Below the pieces are notes generated by a model. It searched no databases. It saw nothing but the letters and a program-made list of their open reading frames with translations, and was not told the origin of the DNA. 64,000 nucleotides of DNA from assembly GCA_965209055.1 (NCBI GenBank), contig OZ242374.1, positions 2,368,001 to 2,432,000 of the forward strand, in the 5' to 3' direction. Positions 48,256 to 57,341 of the stretch are shown here, piece after piece. How positions within the stretch are numbered: position 1 is the first letter of the stretch; every line of letters begins with the position of its first letter. The position numbers and the translations under genes are program-made. Source of the stretch: Acidobacteriota bacterium. GTDB taxonomy: Bacteria > Acidobacteriota > UBA6911 > RPQK01 > JAJDTT01.

Positions 48256-49680
48256 GTGATTCATTTTCCCGTTCTTCGCTGGGGCAAGCCCTATAAGAGC
48301 CTGGACGTGGACCAGGTGGTGCATTTCATCAGCGGTGAGCCGCTGGCGGAAGTCAGCCAGGCCATCGGCGGGATGATCGCCCGGGACATGCGAAGAGGGC
48401 AGCGGGCTCGGGACGCGCTCCGGGAGATCCCGATCCGGGAACTGATCCGCCGGGTATCTGAGGCGGCGGACCTGTTCATGTCCGCCGAGCTCCCGGCCGG
48501 CGACGGAAGCCAGACCCCCGGCGAGTTCGTGCGGTACCAGTCGGCAACCACGGGATTGCCCGAGCACATGTGCCGCCAGAACATGGAGAAGCTTCACTAC
48601 GTCCTGACCTCGATGGAGCAGATCCTGGACGCGCTGACCCGGGGCCTCGATCTGTCCATATTGACCGCGGGTTACGGCGAGGAAAACGGTGTCGTCCGGA
48701 GCTTTCAGGCCACGACCCCGGTGCTGGGCATGGTGCTCCCTTCCAACTCACCCGGAGTTCACGGCCTCTGGCTCCCCGTCATTCCGCTCCAGATCGGACT
48801 GGTCCTCAAGCCGGGACCCCAGGAGCCGTGGACCCCATATCGGATGAGCGAGGCCTTCTTCCAGGCGGGCATCCCCCGAAACGCCGTCTCCCTCTATCCG
48901 GGGTTGGGGGATGTGGGTGCGGCCGTGCTCCAGCACTGCACGCGGAATCTCATCTTCGGCGGAACCCCGACCATCGAGCAATACGGCAACAATCCCCGCG
49001 TCCAGGTGCACGGCCCCGGATTCAGCAAGATTCTGCTGGGGGACGACGAGGTCGACGATTGGGAAAGCCATCTGGACCTCATGGTGGACAGCGTCCTGAT
49101 CAACAGCGGCCGCAGTTGCATCAGTTGTTCCGGCATCTGGGTCTCGCGCCACGGGCGGGAAATCGCCGACGCGCTGGCTCAGCGTCTGGGACCCATTGCG
49201 CCCAAGGATCCCCGGGACCCCGATTCCCAACTGGCTGCTTTCACGGTGAAGGGTCAGGGAGAAGCCATCGACTCGGGGATCGAACAGGGGCTTCAAGAGC
49301 CCGGGATCGAGGATGTGACGGCCCGGTACCGCGACGGCGACCGCCTGATTTCCCGTGAGCGATGCTCCTACTTGCGGCCCACGGTGATCCATTCCCCGTC
49401 TCCCGAAGCCACGCTGGCCAATACGGAGTACATGTTCCCCTTCGCCAGCGTGGTGGAATGCCCCCAGAGCCAGATGCTGGACCGTATCGGAGACAGCCTG
49501 GTGGTGACCGGTATCACGGAAGATCCCGCCTTTCGCCAGAAGCTCATGGACTGTCCCCACATCGACCGCCTCAACCTGGGCCCCATCCCCACCATCCGCC
49601 TCAACTGGCTCCAACCCCACGAGGGGAACCTGGTGGACTTCCTCTACCGCGCCCGGGCCTTCCAGACCACGGCCGGGTGA
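48256..49680 (+). CDS. ALDH-fold acyl reductase (EhpG/LuxC-like)
   Basis: GTG start with GGAGG RBS. Motifs LPSNSPGVH, LKPG, FGG, HGPGFSK, NSGRSC (catalytic Cys), EYMFPF and PHEGNL. Confidence 0.78.
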   Translation: MIHFPVLRWGKPYKSLDVDQVVHFISGEPLAEVSQAIGGMIARDMRRGQRARDALREIPIRELIRRVSEAADLFMSAELPAGDGSQTPGEFVRYQSATTGLPEHMCRQNMEKLHYVLTSMEQILDALTRGLDLSILTAGYGEENGVVRSFQATTPVLGMVLPSNSPGVHGLWLPVIPLQIGLVLKPGPQEPWTPYRMSEAFFQAGIPRNAVSLYPGLGDVGAAVLQHCTRNLIFGGTPTIEQYGNNPRVQVHGPGFSKILLGDDEVDDWESHLDLMVDSVLINSGRSCISCSGIWVSRHGREIADALAQRLGPIAPKDPRDPDSQLAAFTVKGQGEAIDSGIEQGLQEPGIEDVTARYRDGDRLISRERCSYLRPTVIHSPSPEATLANTEYMFPFASVVECPQSQMLDRIGDSLVVTGITEDPAFRQKLMDCPHIDRLNLGPIPTIRLNWLQPHEGNLVDFLYRARAFQTTAG

Positions 49681-49753
49681 CGCCGCATCGATTCCCTGGC
49701 CGAATATGTCTGTGCACACGTATCTGACGACTGACGCTTGGATGGTGACACTC

Positions 49754-50479
49754 TCACTCCGGACCGGTTGAGGTTCGCGGTGCCCTCCAGCGGGCCACCA
49801 GGAACGGAGAGAGAACGACGAAGAACATGGCCAGCGCGACCAGGTCGATGATGGGGATGTACCAGGGCCATCCGGCGAAGAAGAAGGGGGATTCGGTGCC
49901 GGCCGGTGGCCGGCAGAGAAACATGTAGTTGGATCCCAACAGGAAGTTCAGGACGCCGAGCACGACTGCAAGAATGTTGAGGGCGACGAAGGCTCGGAAC
50001 AGCCCGCCCAGCGTCGGCCGCATCTTCAGGCCCAGGGTGGCGTACAGGACTCCCGCCACGATGCCGGAGTGGGCGATGAAGTACTGGAAGAAGCGGTAGT
50101 CGGGGAATCCCGCATCCAGGTCCCCTGGGGTGATGACGGCGTTCGTGGATCCCGCCAGGCCCCAGAAATAGACGATTTCGAAAATTCTCCGGCGGCGGAA
50201 GATCAGAACCGCGGCCGTCAGGATAATCGTTAATCCGCAGACGTGAAGCGGCAGATGGTCCTGCACGAAGTGGCTCCAGCCGACGGCATTCAGCCGGTAG
50301 CCCCAGTGGATCGTTTCGTTGACCAGCAGGGTGCCGGCCAGGAGCCAGGCGCCGGCGTCGGCCACCGTTTTCGAGGCCGTCTTTCGTACCGCCGCGATCA
50401 TCAGAATCGGCACGGCCAGGGTCAGCGCCATCACGATGAGGTGAGGCGTCCCGAAGATCTGGAATTCCGGCGTTGGCAT
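49754..50479 (-). CDS. YwaF/TIGR02206-like integral membrane protein
   Basis: Motifs LPLHVC, YFWG, ITP, FFQYFIAH, NYMFL and WPWY, with several TM segments. Confidence 0.82.
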   Translation of the reverse strand: MPTPEFQIFGTPHLIVMALTLAVPILMIAAVRKTASKTVADAGAWLLAGTLLVNETIHWGYRLNAVGWSHFVQDHLPLHVCGLTIILTAAVLIFRRRRIFEIVYFWGLAGSTNAVITPGDLDAGFPDYRFFQYFIAHSGIVAGVLYATLGLKMRPTLGGLFRAFVALNILAVVLGVLNFLLGSNYMFLCRPPAGTESPFFFAGWPWYIPIIDLVALAMFFVVLSPFLVARWRAPRTSTGPE

Positions 50480-50515
50480 CAGGCTCCAGTATCGGCTCTG
50501 CGGACGGCGCCGAGG

Positions 50516-51622
50516 TCAGGGGTGCTGACGTCCGCAAATCTGCGGGGCCACGAAATTCAGGCCCAGCAGCCGGAAGTAGTTCTGACCCAGGGCGATGTTT
50601 CGAAAGGCCTCGTCATTCAAGTAGCGGAAAATCCGGCTGGTGATCTCCAACTCCGTCCGGTAGACATCGAAATCCTTGTCCGCTGAAGCCAGGAAGTCGG
50701 TTCCCGGCAGCATCCGCTCCGAATACCGGTTCAAGAACGAGACATAGGCGGCCCTCTTCTCAGGTTTGGAGAAGTAGTGGTCGTCGACCACGCGCCAGGA
50801 GAGGTCCACAATCAAGTTGGGGTAGCGGTCCAACAGCGTCTCCATGATCCTGATGTGCTGTCCCGAGTCCATGTTCACGAGTTCCTTGGACAATCCCATG
50901 TGCAACCAGATGATCTTGTTGTCGGGGTAGAGGCGCAGCATCCTCTGGATCAACGCCAGGTATCGAGTGGGATCCTCGTCGTTCCCCAGATCCGCGTGAA
51001 TCGCCAGAGGGATGCCCCGTTCCCGCAGAATCGCCATGAAGGCGGCCCACTCCGGGATCTTGGCCGGCGGAACCGGTCGGTGACCGTTGTTGAACAATGC
51101 CTGTTTCACCAGGTTCACTTCCCCCATCCAGTTGAAGGCGCCGGGGTGCTCCCGATCCAGGAGCTGCATGCCGGGAAGGATCGATTCGGGCCGGGACAGG
51201 TCCGGGAAGGTCATGGACAGTGTGATGTGGACGCCGTCGGGCGCCTGCCGGACGAAGTCGGCTGCATTGTCAAAATCGTTCGTCAAACTGGGCCGGACCG
51301 GCGTGCCCGGACAATCCAGGTAGTAGGTGCATGGTGAACCCACCGGAAGCCTCTGGCCGATCCCGTACATGGTGACGAAGAGGACTCCCGTCCGTTCAAG
51401 GTAGGAGATCACCTCCCGGAAAGGAATCGCCGGACCGCCGAAGGGCCGGAAATGCACGTGGGTATCCACGACCGAGGTCTGGGGTTGTACCGAACGGTCG
51501 TAGCAGGTTGCGTCTTCAGACTGGAACATCTCCAACGTCGGCTTGGGAGGTTCGCCGGCGAATCCAGGGGCTCCCGACAGGAGAAGCAGGCCCAGCCATG
51601 TTGTCGACAGCGAGTTCTTCAT
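50516..51622 (-). CDS. Secreted amidohydrolase-family (TIM barrel) protein
   Basis: Signal peptide. Metal ligands in VVDTHVHF (HxH), IHAD, WLHMG and GTDF. Confidence 0.8.
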   Translation of the reverse strand: MKNSLSTTWLGLLLLSGAPGFAGEPPKPTLEMFQSEDATCYDRSVQPQTSVVDTHVHFRPFGGPAIPFREVISYLERTGVLFVTMYGIGQRLPVGSPCTYYLDCPGTPVRPSLTNDFDNAADFVRQAPDGVHITLSMTFPDLSRPESILPGMQLLDREHPGAFNWMGEVNLVKQALFNNGHRPVPPAKIPEWAAFMAILRERGIPLAIHADLGNDEDPTRYLALIQRMLRLYPDNKIIWLHMGLSKELVNMDSGQHIRIMETLLDRYPNLIVDLSWRVVDDHYFSKPEKRAAYVSFLNRYSERMLPGTDFLASADKDFDVYRTELEITSRIFRYLNDEAFRNIALGQNYFRLLGLNFVAPQICGRQHP

Positions 51623-51795
51623 AGGGAAGGTGCCGGAGGCTGACATCGGCACCGATTTCAGCAGATTTGGACAATTTTGAGAACCCTTGGGTTTACCAGC
51701 GGGAACCCCGTTTCATTCCGTTCGCCCGGCTGCCGGACGAAGGGCAAGTCCACGCGCGCGAAGCGCAGATGAGACGAAGGAGAGCCATTCAATAG

Positions 51796-51830
51796 CGGAC
51801 AAAATGAATTTACTAATTTCATATTGTCCG
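51796..51830. promoter_or_regulatory. 35-bp palindrome (candidate operator) upstream of the AAA-DUF4143 gene
   Basis: CGGACAAAATGAATTTA-C-TAATTTCATATTGTCCG, 15/17 arm match, ending 22 bp before ATG 51853. Confidence 0.6.
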
Positions 51831-51852
51831 AATTTCTGATACATTCGCCATC

Positions 51853-53034
51853 ATGATCCGGCGCGAAATAACGCCCGTTCTGATCAGGCTCTTCCAGCAG
51901 TATCCCTTTGTCACCCTGACCGGGCCACGTCAATCCGGCAAGACGACACTTTGCCGGATGGCGTTTCCCGAGTTGAAATATGTGAATCTGGAAGCCCCGG
52001 ACCAGCGAGAGTTTGCCGAATCCGATCCTCGAGGTTTCCTCTCCCGGCTCGGGACCGGAGCCATCCTGGATGAGATCCAACGCGTCCCCGATCTCTCGTC
52101 TTATCTTCAGGTGCTGGCCGATGAGGAGGGCCGGAACAGTCTCTTCGTACTGACCGGAAGCGAACAGCTCAGGATTTCCGAATCCATTAGCCAGTCGCTG
52201 GCGGGACGGACGGCTCTGCTCCGTCTGCTCCCTTTTTCCCTCGCCGAGCGGGAGGAAACCGGCGCCAGCAATGTGATCGACGAGATTCTGTACTCCGGCT
52301 TCTATCCCAGGATTCACGACCGGAAACTGGAACCTCGGCAAGCGCTCGGCGACTACTTCGAAACCTATGTCGAGCGCGACGTGCGGCGGATCGGGGAGAT
52401 CCGCAACCTGCCGGGTTTTCGGCGATTCGTTCGTCTGTGCGCCGGGCGCGTCGGGCAGCTCGTCAACCTGGCCGCGCTGGGTGCCGACACAGGCGTATCT
52501 CATACCACGGCGCGACACTGGCTCGCGCTTCTGGAAGCCAGCTATATCGTGTTTCGGCTGCCGCCGTTCCATGCAAACATTCGCAAGCGTCTGGTCAAGT
52601 CGCCCAAGCTCTACTTCTACGACGTAGGGCTGGCGAGCTATCTCATCGGCATCGAGCACGCCGGACAGGTCGCCACCCACCCCCTGCGGGGAGCGCTCTT
52701 CGAGAACGCCGTGGTAGCGGAAACTCTCAAGTATCGCTTCAACCGGGGTCGCCGTTCCAACCTGTCCTTCTTCCGCGACAAGAGTGGTCTGGAATGCGAT
52801 CTCCTCTACGAGACTGGAGAAGGCATCGGCGCCATCGAGGTCAAAGCCGGCGCCACGATCGCATCCGACTATTTCCGGGCGCTCAAGAGGGTCGCCAAGG
52901 TGCTGCCGCGGATTTCCAACAAGGCGGTGGTCTATGGAGGCGTTGAAGGTCAGTTCCGGCGAGACGCCGAGGTGGCGCCGCTGGCAGATCTGCCGAAGAT
53001 GCTGGAGCGTTACGACGGTCGCGAGGGAACCTGA
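51853..53034 (+). CDS. AAA ATPase with DUF4143 domain
   Basis: GPRQSGKT, LDEIQ, LTGS, SLAGR, YVERD, KLYFYDVG and ECD...AIEVK (PD-(D/E)xK-like). Confidence 0.92.
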   Translation: MIRREITPVLIRLFQQYPFVTLTGPRQSGKTTLCRMAFPELKYVNLEAPDQREFAESDPRGFLSRLGTGAILDEIQRVPDLSSYLQVLADEEGRNSLFVLTGSEQLRISESISQSLAGRTALLRLLPFSLAEREETGASNVIDEILYSGFYPRIHDRKLEPRQALGDYFETYVERDVRRIGEIRNLPGFRRFVRLCAGRVGQLVNLAALGADTGVSHTTARHWLALLEASYIVFRLPPFHANIRKRLVKSPKLYFYDVGLASYLIGIEHAGQVATHPLRGALFENAVVAETLKYRFNRGRRSNLSFFRDKSGLECDLLYETGEGIGAIEVKAGATIASDYFRALKRVAKVLPRISNKAVVYGGVEGQFRRDAEVAPLADLPKMLERYDGREGT

Positions 53035-53263
53035 TCCGCGTCCGGTTCACCGGTGCCTCGGCACTTCGAAAAGAATCGTCGATCAGCCGAGTGCCGCTCG
53101 GCCTTCAGATCTCGCTCCCAACGTCTGAAAACGGCGTTGCGCTCGCGCAGCGAGGTCTGCAATCGGTCGAGTGGACGGAGTGCCCCGACGTTTTTCGAGT
53201 TTCCTTCCATCCGTGGAACTGTCACCAGGACTACCCGTTTGGGTTCAATATCGTGAATAAGGG

Positions 53264-53479
53264 TTAACAGGCCTTGTAAGCGCGGATAGGGAGAGCTTCC
53301 GTCTCCAACGTCGACAGGTCAAGGCGCGTGGAAGCATGGTCAATGTCGAAACCGACAACATCGCCATTCGCATCGAGATCGACGTTGAGTCCGCCGGCAA
53401 CTTCCCGGGTCTCGGTACCCGGTACAGGTTTGAACTCTACGTAAAGGCTGTCGGTTTCGGGATAGTAGTGCAGTTTCAT
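53264..53479 (-). CDS. DUF2283 family small protein (putative antitoxin)
   Basis: MKLHYYPETDSLY...LNVDLDANGDVVGFDI, 71 aa. ATGA overlap with the upstream gene and GAGGAAG RBS. Confidence 0.85.
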   Translation of the reverse strand: MKLHYYPETDSLYVEFKPVPGTETREVAGGLNVDLDANGDVVGFDIDHASTRLDLSTLETEALPIRAYKAC

Positions 53480-53727
53480 GGCTCTTCCTCTCGAAAACCG
53501 CGATCGAAAAACGGGATGTGAATCGCCTCTCCGTCTTCCAGGGTGACAACTCGAAGTATACGCGAAGGCCCTCCGTCTGAACGGATGACTTTTCCCCAGA
53601 AGCGGATACGGCCGTCTGGTTGCCCCTGGCGTCGAATTGGTGCGGCGACGATACCGACACACCATAGAGGATCGATGTAAGGACGCTTGCGTAGCACCTG
53701 TTCCCGGAAGTAACGAGTCGTCTTCAT
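53476..53727 (-). CDS. Small basic protein, putative toxin partner of DUF2283
   Basis: 83 aa, MKTTRYF...QPDGRIRFW...LRVVTLEDG...FFDRGF. Translationally coupled to the DUF2283 gene. Confidence 0.65.
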   Translation of the reverse strand: MKTTRYFREQVLRKRPYIDPLWCVGIVAAPIRRQGQPDGRIRFWGKVIRSDGGPSRILRVVTLEDGEAIHIPFFDRGFREEEP

Positions 53728-53959
53728 TCTGGTGAGCCAGCGCGGCCGATGAATCTTGTAATCGGTTTACCGGGCTCTTCCGCCGACAACGTCCGGCACA
53801 CGTCGAGACCGAACCGACCATCCTGTCGGCCGAGGCGCACGCCCGTGAACCTCCGTTTGCCAGTTTGCGTAAACGCCGTCGATGTACTCTAACGTCGCTG
53901 TTTCTCTTTGGATGGAAATGCCAGCCTTTCCACACAGATTGCGTCTCCGAAGTTCCCCG

Positions 53960-55096
53960 CTACAGCTTCTCGACGAGACGGGCCAGCAGCGCCACTCGGA
54001 CGGGCAGGGCATCCAGCTCGATGTGCTCGTGAAGGGCGTGGGCTCCGTCTCCGTTCACACCCAGGCCGTCCAGGGTGGGGACTCCCAGGGCGGCGCTGAA
54101 GCTGCCGTCGCTTCCCCCTCCGGTCTCTCCCTCCTGCAGGTCCAGGCCCAACTCGGCCCCGATCTCTCGCGCCCGGTCGAAGAGTTGCTGCCCGCCGTCG
54201 CCCTTGATCATTGGAGGCCGGTTGATCCCTCCCGTCACCTCCAGCCGGATTTCCGGATGCCTCGGTTTCAGGGCGTGCAACCCGTCCTCCACCCGGTGGC
54301 CCTCCTCCACGGTCCGGAACCGAAAATCGATGGTGGCTTTGGCGAACTCGGGTATCACGTTGTCCCGGGTGCCCCCTTCCGCCATGGTCACGTGGACCGA
54401 GGTCTCCAAAGAGCTGGAGGCGAGTCCGTGAATCGCTTCGATCTGGTGGCCCAACTCCCGGACGGCGTTCACCCCCCGCTCCGGCTCCACGCCCGCGTGG
54501 GCAGAGCGGCCATGGATCTTCATGGCGGCCATCCCGGCTCCCTTTCGAAACGTCTTCAGGACTCCTCCGGGCAGGGGCGGCTCGGTCACCAGCGCCAGGC
54601 CGCTCTCGCGGCTGAACTCCTCGATCAGTTCCACGCTGGCGTCGCTGCCCGTCTCTTCGTCGGTGGTGTAGAGGAACCGCACCTTCCGTCGGGGCCGGAT
54701 CCATCCTCGTGCAATGAATTCCTGGATCTTCAATGTGGCCGTCACTCCGGCCTTCATGTCGAAGATCCCGGGACCATGAATGCGTCCGTCCTCGATCCGG
54801 AAGGGCATTCGCTCCAGGCTCCCCTGAGGCCAGACCGTGTCCAGGTGGCAGAGCACCAGGATCCGGCCTTCGTCCCCCTGGTCCCATTCGGTCCAGACGA
54901 TATCGCCCACGTCTTCTCTGGGAACGATCCGCGGCTCCAGGCCGCAGTCCCGCGCATGGTCGGCGAGAAAAAACGCCAGCTCGTCCACCAGCGGCTTGTC
55001 GGTGGTGGGACTTTCCATCTCCACCAGCTTCCGGAGCAGCTCTACCGTGGAGTCCCGCTCCTCTTCGAAGGCCCTCAACAGCTCATTCCCCGTCAT
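53960..55096 (-). CDS. M20 family metallopeptidase (glutamate carboxypeptidase-like)
   Basis: Motifs CHLDTVW, GPGIFDMK, DEETGS, GRSAHAG, GGSDG and AHALHE. Confidence 0.9.
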   Translation of the reverse strand: MTGNELLRAFEEERDSTVELLRKLVEMESPTTDKPLVDELAFFLADHARDCGLEPRIVPREDVGDIVWTEWDQGDEGRILVLCHLDTVWPQGSLERMPFRIEDGRIHGPGIFDMKAGVTATLKIQEFIARGWIRPRRKVRFLYTTDEETGSDASVELIEEFSRESGLALVTEPPLPGGVLKTFRKGAGMAAMKIHGRSAHAGVEPERGVNAVRELGHQIEAIHGLASSSLETSVHVTMAEGGTRDNVIPEFAKATIDFRFRTVEEGHRVEDGLHALKPRHPEIRLEVTGGINRPPMIKGDGGQQLFDRAREIGAELGLDLQEGETGGGSDGSFSAALGVPTLDGLGVNGDGAHALHEHIELDALPVRVALLARLVEKL

Positions 55097-55943
55097 GTTC
55101 CCTCCAGTGGTAGCGGACGTCTCCGACGAATTCGACCCCTCCCGTCAAGTGCACTTCTCCTCCCGGCCGCCACTCCACCTCCTGCTCCCCGGTCTCGGTT
55201 CCAACCCGTGCGGGAGATCCGACCCTTCCGGTGTGAATGGCGGCCACGGCGGCTCCGCTGCAACCCGTTCCGGAGGAATGGGTCGGTCCGACGCCCCTCT
55301 CCCAGATCCGCGCCTGGAGGCGCCGGGGACCCGTGACCTGTACGAAGCTCACGTTGGTCCGCTCGGGAAAGGTGGCATGCGCCTCGAGTGCCGGCCCCAG
55401 GCGCCGGAATTCGGCATCCTCAGGCAGATTGGAGACAAAGACCACGCACTGGGGATTTCCCACCGACAGGGCCGTTATGGTCACGGTTGCGTTTTCCACC
55501 GGCAGCGAGTGGTCCACGACCTGGGACAACTCCCCTTCCAGCCGAATCGGAATCTCCTCCGGAACGAAGGAGGGCCGTCCCAGCGAGGAACGGTAGCGCC
55601 AGGAAGACTCGCCGCGGTCCAGCAGGTGATGGATCTTTTGCCCGGAAAGGGTTTCGAGAACCAGGTCCGCCTTCCGGGACAAACCCCGGTGGTGGACGTA
55701 GGCGCCGGCGCAGCGGCATCCGTTTCCCGACATGGCCGCCTCGCTGCCGTCCGGGTTGAAGATCCGGATCCGGAAGCGGTCGTCCTTCACCGGCTCGACG
55801 AAGACGCACCCGTCGCCGCCGATCCCGAAGTGGCGCCGGCAGATGGCCCGGGTCAATGCGGCCGCTCTCCGGCGGGTCAAATCGCTTTCCGGGATCACCA
55901 GGTAGTCGTTGCCGTAGGACTGGAACTTGGAGGCCGCGATCAT
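55083..55943 (-). CDS. dapF: Diaminopimelate epimerase, Ser/Ser variant
   Basis: Motifs FQSYGNDY, RHFGIGGDG, FNPDGSEAAMSGNG, VGNPQCV, FPERTNV and WERGVGPTHSSGTG. Confidence 0.88.
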   Translation of the reverse strand: MIAASKFQSYGNDYLVIPESDLTRRRAAALTRAICRRHFGIGGDGCVFVEPVKDDRFRIRIFNPDGSEAAMSGNGCRCAGAYVHHRGLSRKADLVLETLSGQKIHHLLDRGESSWRYRSSLGRPSFVPEEIPIRLEGELSQVVDHSLPVENATVTITALSVGNPQCVVFVSNLPEDAEFRRLGPALEAHATFPERTNVSFVQVTGPRRLQARIWERGVGPTHSSGTGCSGAAVAAIHTGRVGSPARVGTETGEQEVEWRPGGEVHLTGGVEFVGDVRYHWREHDGE

Positions 55944-55959
55944 GACGGCCCCCGCCGTC

Positions 55960-57324
55960 TCAGCTCGCGTGGATCCCACCGCTGAGTTCCTCCAGCTTTC
56001 CCCGGACCAGACTCTGGATCTCCTCCAGTCTTTGGGGCGAGTCCGCCTCGAAACGAAGCACCAGAACGGGCTGGGTATTGGAGGCCCGCACCAGGCCCCA
56101 ACCGTCCGGAAAGACGATTCGCACACCGTCAACGTCCACCGTCTCGTAGTTGTTGGAGAAGTACGACTGGGCGAGGCTGACGATTCGGAACTTGAGGTCC
56201 TCGGGACAGTCCATCCGGATCTCGGGCGTGCTGAAGGTCGGAGGGACGTCCTCCAGCAGTTGCGACAGCCGGCGCCCGCTGTCGGCGAGGATCTCCAGGA
56301 GCCTGGCTCCCGCGTAGATGGCGTCGTCGTAGCCGAAGTAGCGGTCGGCGAAGAACATGTGTCCGCTCATCTCACCGCCCAGAACGGCCCCTTCCTCCTT
56401 CATCTTGGCCTTGATGAGGGAGTGGCCCGCCTTCCACATGACGGCCCGTCCGCCGCGGGCCTCGATATCCTGGTACAAGCTCTTGGAGCACTTCACTTCG
56501 GCCACGAACGTGGTGCCGGGCCGCCGCTCCAGGATCTCGCGGGCATAGATCATCATCAACTGGTCTCCCCAGAGAATCCCGCCCGCGTCATCCACGACGC
56601 CGATCCGGTCCGTGTCGCCGTCGAAGGAGATCCCCAGATCGGCCTCACTCGAGCGGACAGCCTGCATCAGGTCTTCAAGGTTCTCCACGAGGGTGGGATC
56701 GGGGTGGTGGTTGGGGAATCGGCCGTCCGGCTCCGAATAGAGCTCGTGGACCTCGCACCCCAGGTCGGAATAGACGGCGGGCGCCACCAGGCCCGCGGTC
56801 CCGTTGCCCGAGTCGACGACGACCTTCAATCTCTTCCCCAAGGGCGGGATCCGCTCCCCGATGTGCCGGCGGTAATCCTCCATCAGGGAGGCCGATTCCA
56901 ATCTTCCGCCGCCGGAAGCGAAGTCGGCCGCTTCGATGATCTTCCGGACCTTCTGGATCTCGGCGCCGTAGATGGTGCCGGTTCCCAGGGCGACCTTGAA
57001 TCCGTTGTACTCGGGTGGGTTGTGACTCCCCGTGATCATCACGCCCGCCTCCGGCTTCAGACGGTGCAGGGAGTAGTAGAGCAGGGGAGTCGGGCAGACC
57101 CCGATGTCGATCACGGTCAGGCCGGTTCGTGTCAGCCCGCGGGCCAGGGCGTCCCGAAGCCGTGTGGAGCTCAGGCGGACGTCTCTTCCCAACGTGACTC
57201 GAGCGGCGCCGTGCCGGACAAAATAGGTTCCCAGGCCGCGGCCCAGCGTTTCCACCGAATCGTCCGCCAGATCGGTGTCGGCGATTCCCCGTATGTCGTA
57301 TTCTCGAAACAGCTCTGGGTTCAT
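55960..57324 (-). CDS. Phosphomannomutase/phosphoglucomutase
   Basis: Motifs FREYDIRG, TGSHNP, FDGDTDR, GEMSGH and VRASNT. Confidence 0.95.
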   Translation of the reverse strand: MNPELFREYDIRGIADTDLADDSVETLGRGLGTYFVRHGAARVTLGRDVRLSSTRLRDALARGLTRTGLTVIDIGVCPTPLLYYSLHRLKPEAGVMITGSHNPPEYNGFKVALGTGTIYGAEIQKVRKIIEAADFASGGGRLESASLMEDYRRHIGERIPPLGKRLKVVVDSGNGTAGLVAPAVYSDLGCEVHELYSEPDGRFPNHHPDPTLVENLEDLMQAVRSSEADLGISFDGDTDRIGVVDDAGGILWGDQLMMIYAREILERRPGTTFVAEVKCSKSLYQDIEARGGRAVMWKAGHSLIKAKMKEEGAVLGGEMSGHMFFADRYFGYDDAIYAGARLLEILADSGRRLSQLLEDVPPTFSTPEIRMDCPEDLKFRIVSLAQSYFSNNYETVDVDGVRIVFPDGWGLVRASNTQPVLVLRFEADSPQRLEEIQSLVRGKLEELSGGIHAS

Positions 57325-57341
57325 CGAGTCTCCGGTATGCG

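Noticed and set aside
37986-49680. Alpha-oxidation pathway (PhyH, HACL-like enzyme, ALDH, acyl activation)
   Set aside because: The genes lie in divergent operons, PhyH-family genes are functionally diverse, and the ALDH-fold protein lacks the hydrolytic Glu, so support is insufficient.
53767-53935. Possible IS3-like transposase remnant (TLEYIDGVY on the minus strand)
   Set aside because: The match is too short, and no terminal repeats or other transposase motifs are present.
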